Assembly (NCBI GenBank): GCA_043228905.1 | Contig: JBHGNT010000022.1 | Coordinates: forward strand, 8,618,001-8,682,000 | Length of the DNA stretch: 64,000 nt | Direction: 5' to 3' | Source of the DNA: Azolla caroliniana | Taxonomy: Eukaryota; Plantae; Polypodiophyta | Shown here: positions 12,994 through 26,247 of the stretch, in pieces | How the letters are laid out: each line of letters begins with the position of its first letter | Position numbering within the stretch: the stretch's first letter is position 1 | Made by a program: the position numbers and the translations under genes | Notes under the pieces: generated by a model | Databases searched by the model: none | Seen by the model: the letters and a program-made list of their open reading frames with translations, nothing else | What the model was told of the DNA's origin: nothing

Positions 12994-15900
12994 GATGTCC
13001 ACTAAGCCCATTGTTATTTGATATTGTTACACAACCTTTATTAGTAATGTTGTCCGATCTTGTGGCCAGTGGTGATATTGTAGGTTTGCATCCTCCTTCA
13101 GGTGGACAATTGGTGGCACAAGCATTGGCTAATGATTCTTTTATGGTTTTACAAGCCTCAAAAGAAAATCTTGAAAGAATTATGCAAGTTTGGGATCAAT
13201 TTGCTTTGGCTTCAAGGTTAGAATTAGAATTAGAATTCTTATCATCCATAAAGAGGCCAATTTTGACCTATGGAACCAAAGTATACATGTGTTCTTGATA
13301 TCTATGTCCTTCCTAAAAAGGGGTATTCATACATTGAAGCATAATGTCTCTACGTGTGAATAAGGCATGCACATATGAGCTCAACCTTCTAGGTGGTTCA
13401 TTAAGTATGGAACTTAAGTTATCACTCCCTCTTAATATGTCATCATATCTTGAAAAAATTGCATTATATGTCGAGCATGTGAAGAGCAAGTGGCATTCAT
13501 CCTCTACCATGCCTTCATTGCATACTTTACATGCCCTCAAATTCATTACATTTTTATACCATGATGCAACTTTAATACCTACCTTGGGAGATCGAGTGTG
13601 AAGTAGTGTGAGGGATCAATGAGCATTACTACTCAGATTGGTAATGAGAGAAGGTTGGATACAATCAATAGGCATTCTTGCCTTATATTGAGACCAATAT
13701 TCAAGGTGGACATTTGCAATGTAATATTCTGGCTTTGTCCTCTTAGCATCTTCCCATTTCATCCTTAACGATTCCACCTACCTTTCGTCAATCATTACGT
13801 AATGCATAACATCGCTCGAAAGCTCTAAAAGATCATCCACATCCTATCTTTTGAACCATTTTCTTATGTCAACAACCCAACCGGATGAGAGAATTTTACT
13901 CTTATGATTCTTTTGTAGCCTACATCTAACAATCCAAGCAAGATGTGGTAATCAATGATTCACCATACTCTTGACTTTTGTAATGTATCTATATACTCTT
14001 TGGAGTGCCAATATCTCTATGGGCTAAACACCTATTTCCAAGAGCATAACATGGTAAGAGGTAGTGCATTTAATTCCTAATTGCATCCTTAAAAACATCT
14101 TTTGAATTTTCTCAATCTCATTCCATGCATTAAGAGAGATGGTGCCACCCCATACTTCTACTCCATAAAGCAATACTTGAGTTACTATGGCATTGAACAA
14201 CATTAGTTTACTTCCCATCCACAAGTATCACTTTGTTTGCATTGGTTCTCCAAAAGGTAATATGATCTCCAACTAGCTTGGAGCGTAGAATCAAATCATG
14301 CACTCCACTTATTTGTGGCGGGTACATCAATACAAATATATTTAAAGCTTTGAACAAATTGTATATTTTCACCTCTATATGTGAGCATAGGTTAATGATG
14401 GGGTTGGATGGGTTGTATATAAATTGGAGGAAGTCTCACTTTATGTCTTGTATGGAGAGTGATTTGGAATGTTTGGGATGGAGAGGGTCAATGATTACAC
14501 GAGGATCAATTTATCAACATCTGGGTATCCATTGGGTGTTGATGTTGCAAATTTTCAATTGATTGATTGGATTGGTAGTAAATTGAAGAACAAATCTACG
14601 TATTGGAAGTCTCAAGTATGGCCCTTTCATGTACGACTCAGAGTGGTGCTATGTATCTTGATACCCATGTTATTATATTTTTTACCATTACTACCTTGGA
14701 CTAAGACGGCATTAAAAAACATGTTACAACCTATTCGGTTCATGTTGTGACGAAAGGGGGAAATGATGGGAGTTACATGGATTCTATGGAGCATTTGGCT
14801 ACTCCCAAAAGGTTAGGTGGTGCAGCAATATGGGATTTGGAAATGCATTTGATGGCTCGTAAATTTGCATTATTACGAGATATATGTCAACAAGATCAAC
14901 CATAGATATCTATGATGCAATATTTTATTGAGCATGAAGGATTGGTGCACAAGAAAACAAGGGTTCAAGCATCATGGTGGTTATTACTCAATTGAAGTAT
15001 TCCTTTAAAGATTTGACATTCTATATGTGGACAACAATTGGTAAGATCATAACAAGATGCATTATCTCTTGTTGAGTGGGAACCATCAAGTGATCGAGAA
15101 TCTTGTAATTCATTGCAAAATAAATTGCTTGTTTCTTCTTGAGTGTTGTTTGGGCATGGGAAAGAGAAGTTAAGATCTCAATTCAATCGTTTATTTGGAT
15201 TTGGGATTGTATATTTGGAAGATGTGGTTGATAATGAATCTCAAAGGTAGTTAGAATTTGAAGATCCCAAGCGATGGTTATGTATTCCCCCAAACTATGG
15301 ATTTATTTGGGAGAAACTACAAGATATGTACAATTGTTGTAAGGATCTTTGGCATTAAAAACAAATGTTACACCTTGGGTGGATTGGCGGTTATAAGATG
15401 GTACACGCTTGTTACAGCTCACTCCAAATATATTGTATCATCATGCAATGACATCATTATCTTCGCTATCTCCTAAAGAAGAAAAGTTACGGAATGTATT
15501 TAAGTCGGATACAAGGTGGTGTAAAATATTACAACATTGTTGGCATTCCCATCTACCATTTCGTGCAAAGGCATTCATATGGAGTGTCATGATTGGTGGG
15601 CTCCCATTAGGTTTGGCCTTAAAGAGACGAGGACTAGGGTCTAGTACTTGTTTCTTTTGCATAGCTCCATTAGACGATAGTACACATATGGTCATTAAAT
15701 GTCCTATAGTGTGTACCATTTGGAAGTATTTATCGGACATTTGGCAAGTTTTTACCCGTTGTTATTTGAGACCTCAACAATGGGTTTTTTCTCAATATGT
15801 TCAAAATGGTTCAAATGATGAGATGGAAATATTGTTCCGATTTTTACGTTATTGTGGACTACAACACAATTAGAATATGTGTAATACTTTCATGTTTTAT

Positions 15901-16040
15901 AATAGACATGGGGTGAAAGCCTATATAACAAAGCTGAAAGGTATTCTCATGTGGGAATTTTGGATGTTAGAGCATGTGGGGATCATTTCCCTTAAATGCA
16001 TATTTAGGTTTTTTAATGGCATTACATGCCGTCCCTCTCC
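12994..16040 (+). mobile_element. Decayed L1-like LINE ORF2 (RT and zf-RVT)
   Basis: CPLSPLLFDIV, ALANDS (YADD position), GLYINWRKS and WHSHLPFRAKAFIW...CFFC...HMVIKCP. Confidence 0.8.
13218..14410 (-). mobile_element. 3' part of an RTE-like LINE inserted in the L1
   Basis: LFNAIVTQVLLYGVEVWG and CKVCNEGMVEDECHLLFTC. (TTCTAA)n tail at 13218-13237. Confidence 0.75.
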
Positions 16041-16130
16041 CTACATAGGCATATGATAGTTAGAGGAAACTAAAAAGTGTTGTAACTAAGTGGATTTTAC
16101 ATACAATTAATATAATTGTGTGCTTTACGA

Positions 16131-16167
<37 letters not shown>

Positions 16168-16174
<7 letters not shown>

Positions 16175-16630
16175 TGGTACCCAAATTAAAGAGTTGAAAT
16201 TAATTGATGATTGAGAGAGAAAACCATATGTACCAATGGTATGCAAGACGTTCGGGAGATGGTTCAATTACTTCGAGTTATGTCTTGTGGTTGTCCATAA
16301 GTAGATAGAGACTAATCATATATCACATTGAATTGTGTTTTGGTTGCTAATCAAATATCACATAGAGTTGTGAGAATGAAACCACATTGATATTGCACGA
16401 AGAAGATGGCAATGAATGGTCAATAAACAAATATATCAATCTAAATAAATACAAGGTATTGTATAAATGTACATATAAAAGATATTGTAGCCTCGAATCT
16501 TTTCCAAAGACTTACCAAAATAAAGGAGTATGTTAAAAATTTATATTTTCTCACCTAGACACAAAGACTTACCCAAATAAACTAGAAACAAAAAACAAAT
16601 GATAATCATCTCTACACTATGATCATCACA
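16168..16630. repeat. Direct repeat, copy A, downstream of the CYP gene
   Basis: Homologous to 19695-20198, sharing ACCAATGGTACCCAAATTAAAGAGTTGAAAT through ATCATCTCTACACTATGATCATCA. Confidence 0.85.
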
Positions 16631-17010
16631 AAAAACAAATGATAAACTAGAGTACAATATTGTCATATATGGGGATATAAAAACTTTACTCTTGTTTAAG
16701 TTTGAGTTTGAGAACGCAATTGATACTATGTAGGGAGCTAAGAGGCATGTACAATTTGTGGTAAGCAAATCATATATCATTAGCGAGTAAAAAATATGGA
16801 GGTAAATATCCATGAGTAATGTAAACATACATGGTAGATAAAACTCACTTTTCTTTTGTATTGGAAGGGTTAAACACAAAGTACCATCATATAGACATTC
16901 ATAACACACATCGTTCTTTATATTAATACTTCAAACTTCACTCATGTCAAGCTTGGGACAAATTTCATAAAGAAGATGTTGGACACATCACATATTCATA
17001 CCAAATGCTT

Positions 17011-17795
17011 TTAAGACTTCAGTTGTAACGTAGGGACAAATTCGGCGAGTCGAAATTTGCTAGGAGTGGCAATTAGTGGAGCTTGGCGGGGTAGGCTTAG
17101 GCCATTCCTCTCGGTCATGTCCACAACGTCGTGGACAACCCACTCAAAACAATGGACAAGGGTGGCTACAGTGAGCTCCACTATGCCCAATGCCAAGGCT
17201 ATGCCCGGACAAGCTCTCCGACCACTTCCGAATGGCACGAGCTCAAAGTGTTGACCGCGCACATCCACGGCCTTCTCTCGCCCATCCTCCAAGAACCTTT
17301 CCGGCATGAACTTCTCGGGCATCTCCCACGTGGCGGGGTCATTGGCGATCGCCCATGCATTGACCAACACGGTTGTCCCTTGGGGAATCTTGTATGAGCC
17401 GCCGTGGCCGCCGCTGTCCTCCACTAAGTCTAGCTCGCACTCTTCCATGGATACACGCGGAAGCAACAATGGCCCCGGCATATGCTTGCGCAACGTCTCC
17501 TTAATAACCGCCTTGGTGTATCGGAGGCTCGGAAGATCTTTCATCTCCACTATCCTCTCCTTCCCCACTATCATGTCTACTTCATCTTGGACCTTTTTGA
17601 GCACCCGCGGATTCGCGAGAATCTCCGCCATTGCCCAATCAAGTGTAGTGGTCGTCGTCTCCATCCCAGCTAAGAACAACTCCTGAAATCGATACAGGCC
17701 TCCCGAATTATGATCAAATAATCTTGATCCCACCCTTATTTATTCAGATCCTTAAAAGATTACAATTTACAAAACAAAAGGAAATACAAAACCGG

Positions 17796-17826
<31 letters not shown>

Positions 17827-18879
17827 GTATGCTTATAGAAATCTAATTGCTTAGATTGTCTCCATATATTTCTTAACATTTTTGGCAAAAACTTAATGAA
17901 TACTTACAAGCATCATTGCTTTGATCTTCACTCTGCTGTGTGGAGGGTTTGAAGCTGCCAAGAACACATCTAACATGTCCCGAGGTGTGTCCTCCTCCTC
18001 CTCCTCCGATGGCTTACAAGTACGATTCGCTGCTCTCACCTCCACTCGGTTCGACACGATCGCCTCCAACACGGTGTCTATGGAAGAGAACCAGCTAAGG
18101 AAGCGGCGTCTGGTGAAGTAATCGAGGAAGCTAAGGCAAGGAATAGCGTCGCCGATGAACTTGGCTCCAAGGTGAACACCTCCATGGTGGAAAAGCTCAC
18201 AGAGATGATGCTGATGGTTATGGTTATGGTGATGTGGATGATGATGATGATGATGTAATTTGGAGTTGACTTCGGACACACGTTCCCCGAGGACAATGCG
18301 AAACATAATGTTTTCCGTAATGTTGGACAAGCATGCCGTGACATTGACGGCTACGGAAGCCGCGGAGACCTTGAGATCCTCGATGAGGCGGCGCACCTCG
18401 TCGGATATCACTGGAATGTGGAGCTCCTTCATATGGCGGGAGCCGAGCAAATGAGTGTTGTAGAGCTTGCGCGTGAAGTGCCAATCAGCACCGTAAGGGG
18501 ACGTGAAGCACGCCTTGTCACCGCCATAGAGGAGCCTGATGGCACTCGTCGAAGGACGGCTTGCGAACACTTTATCGTGTGTGTGGAAGATTTGGCGTGC
18601 GACCCATGAACTCGACACGATAAGTGTCGGGCCAAAGCCTAGGTGGAGGAAGACTAGGGGCCCGTAGCGCTCACAAAGCGCGCCTAGTGACTTGTGAAGG
18701 AATGGGGAAGCGAATAGATGCGGGAGGTTCCCGAGAAACGGGAGCGGGAACGGTCCAGGTGGCACCCTCCCTCGCCTTCGGAGGACCACCCATCGTAACC
18801 ATTGCCCCATGGCCGTGATTCCGAACCCGATGACAAGTAGAGTTAGGGCACCGATGATGAACATTTTTGTTGATCCCAT
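17011..18879 (-). CDS. Cytochrome P450, CYP71 clan (A-type). Exon 1 18879-17908, exon 2 17682-17011, about 547 aa
   Basis: N-terminal anchor, PPGPFPLPFLGNL, AGMETT, ETLR, PERF and PFGSGRRACPG. Phase-0 GTAAGT...TTTCAG intron at 17907-17683, at the conserved A-type position in the I-helix. Confidence 0.95.
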
Positions 18880-19065
18880 TCAAAAACTTTGGAGGATATA
18901 TCTTTCGATGCAAATGAATTCATAAATACTAGAGATTTGGCATTTTAGGACAAAATATACAAAGCCTTATCGACATGACACATATGTTGAGCTTATTGAC
19001 ACGAAAACAATCTATGTATTTAATAATATAGGATCGCAATCCTGTGGAATGAAGGCATTATTTGA

Positions 19066-19480
19066 AAGTCCCAATATAATGAAATGCCTCTTGATTCGCT
19101 TATAAATGTGTTTTCTACCTCACAATTGGCTAAAATGTAGACTTAGAAATGTGGGTTCCACTTCAAAATGATCTTTACTTGATAATGGTTTACAGATATG
19201 AGTTCTACTTCATAATGGTTTACAAATGTGAGTTCAACTTCACAATGGTTTACAAATGTTAGTTCAACTTCATAATGGCTTACAAACGAGTCCTTTGGAA
19301 AGACGACATTACTTGACAGTCCCAATATAATGCAATGCCTTGATTCGCTTATAGATGTGTTTACTACTTCACAATTGGCTAAAAATGTTGGCTTAGACTT
19401 GTGGGTTCCACTTCAAAATAATCTCTATTTCATAATGGTTTACAAACGTGAGTTCAACTTCATAATGGATCACAAACGTT
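19066..19480. repeat. About 250-bp tandem duplication with internal 30-bp repeats in the CYP promoter
   Basis: AGTCCCAATATAATG occurs at about 19067 and 19318. 30-bp unit CTTCATAATGGTTTACAAATGTGAGTTCAA. Confidence 0.85.
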
Positions 19481-19694
19481 TCTAGATACAATCTATGCCC
19501 CTTACATTTGAAGATTCTTGAGGAGGAAAGAAACGTGCATGATGAATGTGATACGGGTGAGAGAAGGTAGATATCATTGAATGTCCAAAGGAGACCGATT
19601 GTGATCTGTGGGACTGGCCTAACATGGTCTAAGAGAGAGAGAGAGAGAGAGAGAGAATGATGTTTTGTAGAAGCAAGAAACAAGAAACATATAT

Positions 19695-20198
19695 AACCAA
19701 TGGTACCCAAATTAAAGAGTTGAAATCGATTGATCATCCACCTTGAGTTGTAGAAAAGAGAAAAACATATGTAACACAATGGTACCCCATAAAGTGTAGG
19801 AGATGGTTCAATCACCTCGTGTTGTGTTTTGGTTATTGTCCCAAAATAGATGGAGACTAATCATATATCACATTGAATTGTGTTTTGGTCGCTATCTAAA
19901 AGGACATGGAGAATAATTAAATATCACATTGAGTAGTTAGAATGAAACCACATCGATAGTGCATGAAGATGACAACAAATGTCCAATCACCAATCAATCT
20001 AAATAACTGCACGGTAGAGTACAAATGAACAAATAAAAGTTTTTTTGCCCTCACATATTTTCCAAAGACTTACCAAAATAGAGGAGAAACAATAACCAAA
20101 TGTTAATCATCTATATTTTCTCATGTATACAAAGACATACCCAAATAAACTAGAAACAAAAAACAAATCATAATCATCTCTACACTATGATCATCATC
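19695..20198. repeat. Direct repeat, copy B, upstream of the CYP gene
   Basis: Homologous to 16168-16630. A more diverged partial copy follows to about 20720. Confidence 0.85.
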
Positions 20199-22818
20199 AC
20201 TGACTTCATGGCACATGCTACAAAAGCTTTACAAATATGTCGCTATCGAGTAATCAATGACGTTCAATCACTAGAACTAAACCACATGGATTTTGCCACA
20301 AAGAAGATGGCAAAGAATGTTAAATAAGATAGTCCATCAATTAAAATAACTAGATGGTAAAGTACAAAAGTACAAATAAGAGCTATTTAATCTTTGCATA
20401 CATTACAAAGATTTATCATAATAAAGTAGAAACATAAAGCAAATGCTAATTATCTATACTCTGCCGACATGAGTGACCTTGTATCATAAAGACTTTACAA
20501 ATATTATGTCTTTCTCAAATAGGCAAGAAACATACATAACCAATGATACCCCAAAACATGTAAAGAGTAATGAATGACCTTCAATTGTGAGAAAGAATCT
20601 ACATACATTCTTTTAAGATGTTAAATAACCAAACAAGTCTTCCTAAATAAGCAAACGTAACTTTGGAAGGTAACATACAAACTAATAAACTAGTGCCACT
20701 TTATCATCATTGACTTCACATTACAAAAATCAAAACACTAATCATGATACATTATCATCTCTCATTTCACATTATACGATTGTGTACCTTTCGGTGAGGC
20801 AAATGGTAATAACACAAAAAGAATTCAACACATGTGATTTTGTTGTGATAAAAACATAAAAACTGTAACCTCATGACATGTAACAAACAAAGTGTTGTTA
20901 CGATTATGACAAATATTTGTTTCCGTGATAAGAATTTAAGGCATACTTCCATATATGCATAAATATATAATAAAAAATGATCACAAGTTTTTGTACTTCA
21001 AAAGGCAAAACACACCAAACAATTAACCCATGATCATGTTTAGCCAACCTCCTGCTTCCTATCAGCACGATTAATCAACTTTATTCATCTTGGGCATTGT
21101 AGCAAAATGAGGATGCGTATTCTATTAAAATTCCTACAAAATACTTAATTGAAGTGGAAAAAGACAAAAAGTAAGGCTAAATAGGATGTATTACCTCTTC
21201 ATTAATTGTAAACTTAGTTTTATAATTTATCAAGATCCCAAATTTAGTTTCGTAGTTAATTATATAGCCCTTATACACACATATAGTTATATAATAATGC
21301 CATTTGAATGTCCATGGGAGGGAAAATTTATGAACTATGAGATCAAAGAGACAAAGATATGATGATCATATTTCAATGTCATCATGGACGCTACGAAGCA
21401 TGAAAGATGAGGTCCAAAGAAAGGGTATTGATTTGCATTATATGTTTATTGAACCAATTGGAGTTTCTCTTCTTGCACATTGGTCTCTTAGCATGTTCAA
21501 TTACCCATGTTGTTGTCATGCTAAACTACTTTATTAAAATGTAGTGTTTAAAAATGCCATTAAAAGTAGTTTGTATGCTCTCACAAAAAAGAGGACAAAC
21601 AAGTGAGAAGAAGAAAAAAACCAATATTCATGTCTCTAAAATAGATACATGTTATAGCACGTTCGTTTCCTTAAGAGGTAAAAATGAACACTCGTAAGTA
21701 AAAAGTAAGATATATGTAGATAGGATAGAACATTGTTCATGGTTATCCATGAAGAGGTAATTGATGGCTTGTCGTGAATATATATATAATTGTGCTTAGG
21801 TGTCTCAACTCAAGCCTCTAAAATTTCCCAAGAAAAGTCATTTTTGGACTGAACTAATCCTCGTTGGATCTCAACAAAGCCTCTCTATGTGAGCCCATTA
21901 GCCTCATGTGTATCTATTGATGTTTATGTGGGTGCAAGAGTCTTTGGTATGTGGAGCAACTAAGGTAAAATCAATGACCCTACCTTGTTCCAAAAGATGG
22001 GGTTACCTAATCCTTTAATATAATTTAAATGGACCTCAAAAGTTCTTTGAAATATAAAATTCCCAATATTATCAATTCTCACATTGGATGACACGATACA
22101 ATAGTCCAAACCCCTTTTGAAAGAGACAATCTTATTTGTCAATGCCACACAGTTTGTTGTGAGAGCATGTAGATTATGTGGTTGGATTGCACAGACTAGT
22201 CTGTATATTTTCTTTTAGGGATTGAATAACATATCTTTAAAATTTGGAATAAAATTATGCACTTATTTTTTGGAAAAACATGCAACGTATAAAACCCTAA
22301 ACCACTTGACCAGTATAATCACGAGTTTGAAGCCTAGTAGGGGTAATAGAGGGGAAAAGATGAACTAAAACCCCACTACAACAAAGTGCATTGAAAGAAA
22401 AGGCAATCATGCATGTCAAAAAAGGCAACAATATTATTTCCAACAAGTATTCAAAGTACTATAAAAATGAGAGACAAAGCTCATTGTTTGGTTCCCTGTT
22501 TTAAGAATTTGATGCCTATACTTCAATAAATATGGAGGCCATATGGGAGGCGTTCAAGACCAAAAGGAAGATGGCAATCAATCCTAGACCCACCTTGCCC
22601 AACTTCAGGATATTTTTCTTTATCTTGATCTCTCTCATCATACATAAAGAGGTTATTTGATGTAAATTTTAATATAATGTCGATTTTATTCTCCTCGGCG
22701 AATGTCATGCAATTTATTCGAAATGTAACTATCTTGACCTTATGAATTTCAAAAGAAAATTGTAGATCATATTCTGAGTGTGATTAAGCTGAAAAGGAGG
22801 AATGTGGTGTAGGTTTGG

Positions 22819-23889
22819 TATTAAGAATAGCGTGCGGAAGCTTGTAGACAAACCGGCTCAGCCAGATTACAACAATAAAATAGAGATTGAAGGTTTAATG
22901 GAAGCTTAAGAACAAAGAATACAAATGAGAGACAGAGAGAGCAAAAAACATAAACTCAATTCAAAGTAATAACACTCTGTACATACAGTGTCCTACATAA
23001 CACCTTTTATACAAGTCCTTAAAAGGACTAACAGAAGTATTGACATGTACTTGAATGCTAATACGAGTGACTAACACTGACTTCTAAAAATATTCCTATG
23101 AGCTAGGCTAGATTCGTAGGCCTCTAATGGCCTACCAGTTACAATCCGATCCAACTCTCCGATCCGGCTCCTGGTTTCGGATACCATCCGGACACCAATC
23201 TGGTTCTCCGTTCCGGATACCAATCCGGCTCTAGCTTATTCAGCCGATCCGGATCCGGTTGAGCTTGTCTACCCAACAGTCCCCCTCAAGCTCAACTTGA
23301 GGTCGAATCGTTGTGTCGGTGTTAGTGTTTGGCGATCTTTCCCTATGGCTCCTCCTTGCGTCTTCCCGCCTTGCTCACGCTCCTCGACCCGTCTGGTCAC
23401 GCGCACCTCGACCTTCTCGGTCGGGTTCTTTGCTAAGAAGGCACATTTCAATTCCTTTGTTGTCACGACTTTGGTGCGTCTTGACCCGTTGGTTCCTTCG
23501 TGTTAGTGTCGACTTCCGCTGCCTTGTCCGTTTGGCCTTCAGTTGCTCCGGCTCCTCCGAATCAAGCACTACTTCTGAATCGGGTAACTCTGATTCATTC
23601 CAGCTTTTGTCTGAATTGGTTGTCTCCAATTCGTCCTCAATCGTCAAACACTTCACGACATCGGACCATGTCTATGTCTTGGTCTTCCCAGCTTTGCCTC
23701 CCCCTTTTTCGGTTGGGTTCGGCTTGGGCTCTCTGTTCCGGTGGCTCCCCCTACGTCCGGCCTCGACTTCTTTAGTCGTCCCGTGCACTCCGCCTTCTTC
23801 AGTCGGGCCAAAATCGAAATTGGTTTTCCACTCGTCTTTTCGGTCATCTTCCTCATTCCTCCTTTCATTCCTCCCCCTCAAGTTCGGCT
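22819..23889 (-). mobile_element. 3' end of a copia element: 3' LTR, PPT and 3' internal region
   Basis: LTR 22819-23278 is homologous to 12557-12993. PPT TTGAGGGGGAC is adjacent, and a second TTGAGGGGGAG (pol end) lies at about 23871-23881. Confidence 0.85.
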
Positions 23890-25916
23890 ATGTCCGACTC
23901 AACTAGTGAGTTAGGCCAAATAATGGTAGCCTTACGACAACTACAACTTGAAAATGAAGCTCTTCGAAATTCTTTACAAGAACTTCAAGTCGGTACCTCC
24001 CTATCCTCATAACCCCCGAACCCTAGTCTCCCACAACAACCTAGCCTAGAGCCCAATCTTCTACCAACATCTAGCCTAGCTTCGTCACAGTTTCTTGAGC
24101 CTAAGGTTAGCCTCCCAGAAAAATTTGATGGAACGAGGTCGTGTTTCCGAGGGTTCAACAACCAAGTTCGACTTATCATTCGGCTACAACCTCAACGTTA
24201 TGGAGATGGTCTTCGACAAGTCGGCCTTGTGGGCACCCTTCTCTCCGGTCCGGCCCAAGCTTGGTTTGCACCATTGGTAGAAACCTCGTCACCTCTATTG
24301 GAGGACTTTCCCGCCTTCCTCGCCGAGTTAGAGGCCACATTTGGAGAGACGGACCGACGACGTACAGCTCTTAACAAGATTTATGCACTCGAACAAGGTT
24401 CGTGTGTAGCTTCGTTCTATGCTTCAGAATTTCAACAACTAGCATGCGACGTCAATTGGGATGATCAAGCTTTAGCTGATCACTTTCGGCGCGGCCTTCG
24501 AAGCAATGTCAAGAATCTTCTCTTAAACTTTCCGGAGCCCACCTCGTTATCCCTAGCGATTTCACAAGCATTCCATTGTGACAATCGTCTTTTCGAATTT
24601 CGCCAAGAAGAGCGCCGGACTTGGGTTCCACCTCATTCACTTCCACGCCACGCCCCGGTCATACAGCCCCAGGCATCCTCACACTCGCCTACTTTGGCAG
24701 ATGCTCCTATCCCCATGGAAATTGATCAAGCCCGATTTCGGCCATTGACTGATGTTGAACGACAATTTTGGCGGGCTAATGTCTTGTGCATGTATTGTGG
24801 CGCCTCGGGTCATGTCGTTCGCCATTGTCCTAGGAGTACTCGCCCACAATTCCATCGAGCTAACGGACCCCAACATCCGGAAAATGACATCGTTCGGTTG
24901 CAGTAGGAGCCATGCAACTGGACATCTCCCGTCGCCCAAATTCTCTTGGTTCCATTGCCGGACCATCAGGCAATTTCACATTGGAGGTATGGCTTTCGTT
25001 TAACTCTAGTTCCATTCAGTCTGTTGCTTTACTTGATTTTGGGGCATCTTCTTGCTTCATCGACGTCGCGTTTGCCCAAGCACATGGCGTACCTGTCGTT
25101 GGCCTCTCAAAACCCATTCCAGTTGAAGCCATCGAGGAGTGCGTCCTCTCGTCAGGTGCAATTACTCAAGCTACAATCCCATTAGGGCTTCGGGTGGGCT
25201 CACACTAGGAGGAGCTCGCCTTTTACCTCATTGCATCTCCTCGACATCCGATCGTCTTAGGACTAACGTGGTTGGAGGTGCACAATACAATAGTGGATTG
25301 GTGCAACCGCTCGATCACATTTAGCAAGCCAAGATGCTCGTGCAAAAGTATGAAGGTAAATTCAGTTTCTTATCCTTCGGAGACGGTCAACTCCGAATTG
25401 ACTACCCCATCATCGGTCCAGGATGGGTTTGTTTGTGGCGCCATTTCTAACACACTCCATGTTATTCCCGAAAAATACCAACACTTCTCCGACATATTTG
25501 AAAAATGTAATGTTGATCGTTTGCCTGAACACCGGCTCTACAATTGTCCGATTGATCTTCAAGAAGGTGCGTGTCCACCCTTTGGTCCTCTATATGTGTT
25601 GTCTGCACCAGAGTTGAAGGCCCTTCATGTGTATCTCGATGAGAACCTCGAGAAAGGATTTATTCAACCTTCTAAGTCACCAGTCGGGGCCCCCATTTTA
25701 TTTGTGAAGAAGAAGGACGACTCTCTACGCTTATGCGTCGACTACCGAGGTCTCAACAAACTCACTGTGCACAACCGCTATCCGCTACCTTTGATCCCCG
25801 AACTCCTTGATCGGCTCTGAGTTGCGCGTGTCTTCTCCAAAGTTGATCTGCGTGGAGCGTACAATCTATTATGCATCAAGCCGGGGGATGAATGGAAAAC
25901 CGCATTTTGAACACGT
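23890..25916 (+). mobile_element. Decayed Tcn1-like chromovirus gag-PR-RT fragment
   Basis: [56 protein letters not shown] and DEWKTAF. Confidence 0.92.
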
Positions 25917-26247
25917 TATAACCAAGATATCTAGTACATAGTTATGTATGTAATTGGTCCTTATTATTTTGCTTGCATCATGTGCATAGTTGCTCCCTTG
26001 TAGTATTTACACTTGGCACATGCATGCATACCTACATGCTCTATTGTAGATTCACATGCGTGCAACAAGTATGCATGCCATGTAGTATAAATAGAGGAGT
26101 TCACCTTGAAGGAATTCAAGGTGAACAACACCAATTATGGAGTCTTTCCTTTAATACTATCTTCTTTCTTGTCCATTTGGTTATCTTCTTGCTTGTCTCT
26201 TGAGCTTATGATCCGTGACAATGGCTTACTATGCTAGTACCCCAACG

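Noticed and set aside
21780-22800. Coding-like minus-strand remnants
   Set aside because: Too degraded to assign to any family by eye.
12557-23278. A single LTR element carrying the P450 gene
   Set aside because: The PBS and PPT lie outside the interval, so the two LTRs belong to separate elements.
25917-26220. Possible short LTR after the truncated RT, with left flank ACGT
   Set aside because: It starts TA and has no matching TSD or PBS, so it was not counted toward the RCGY pattern.
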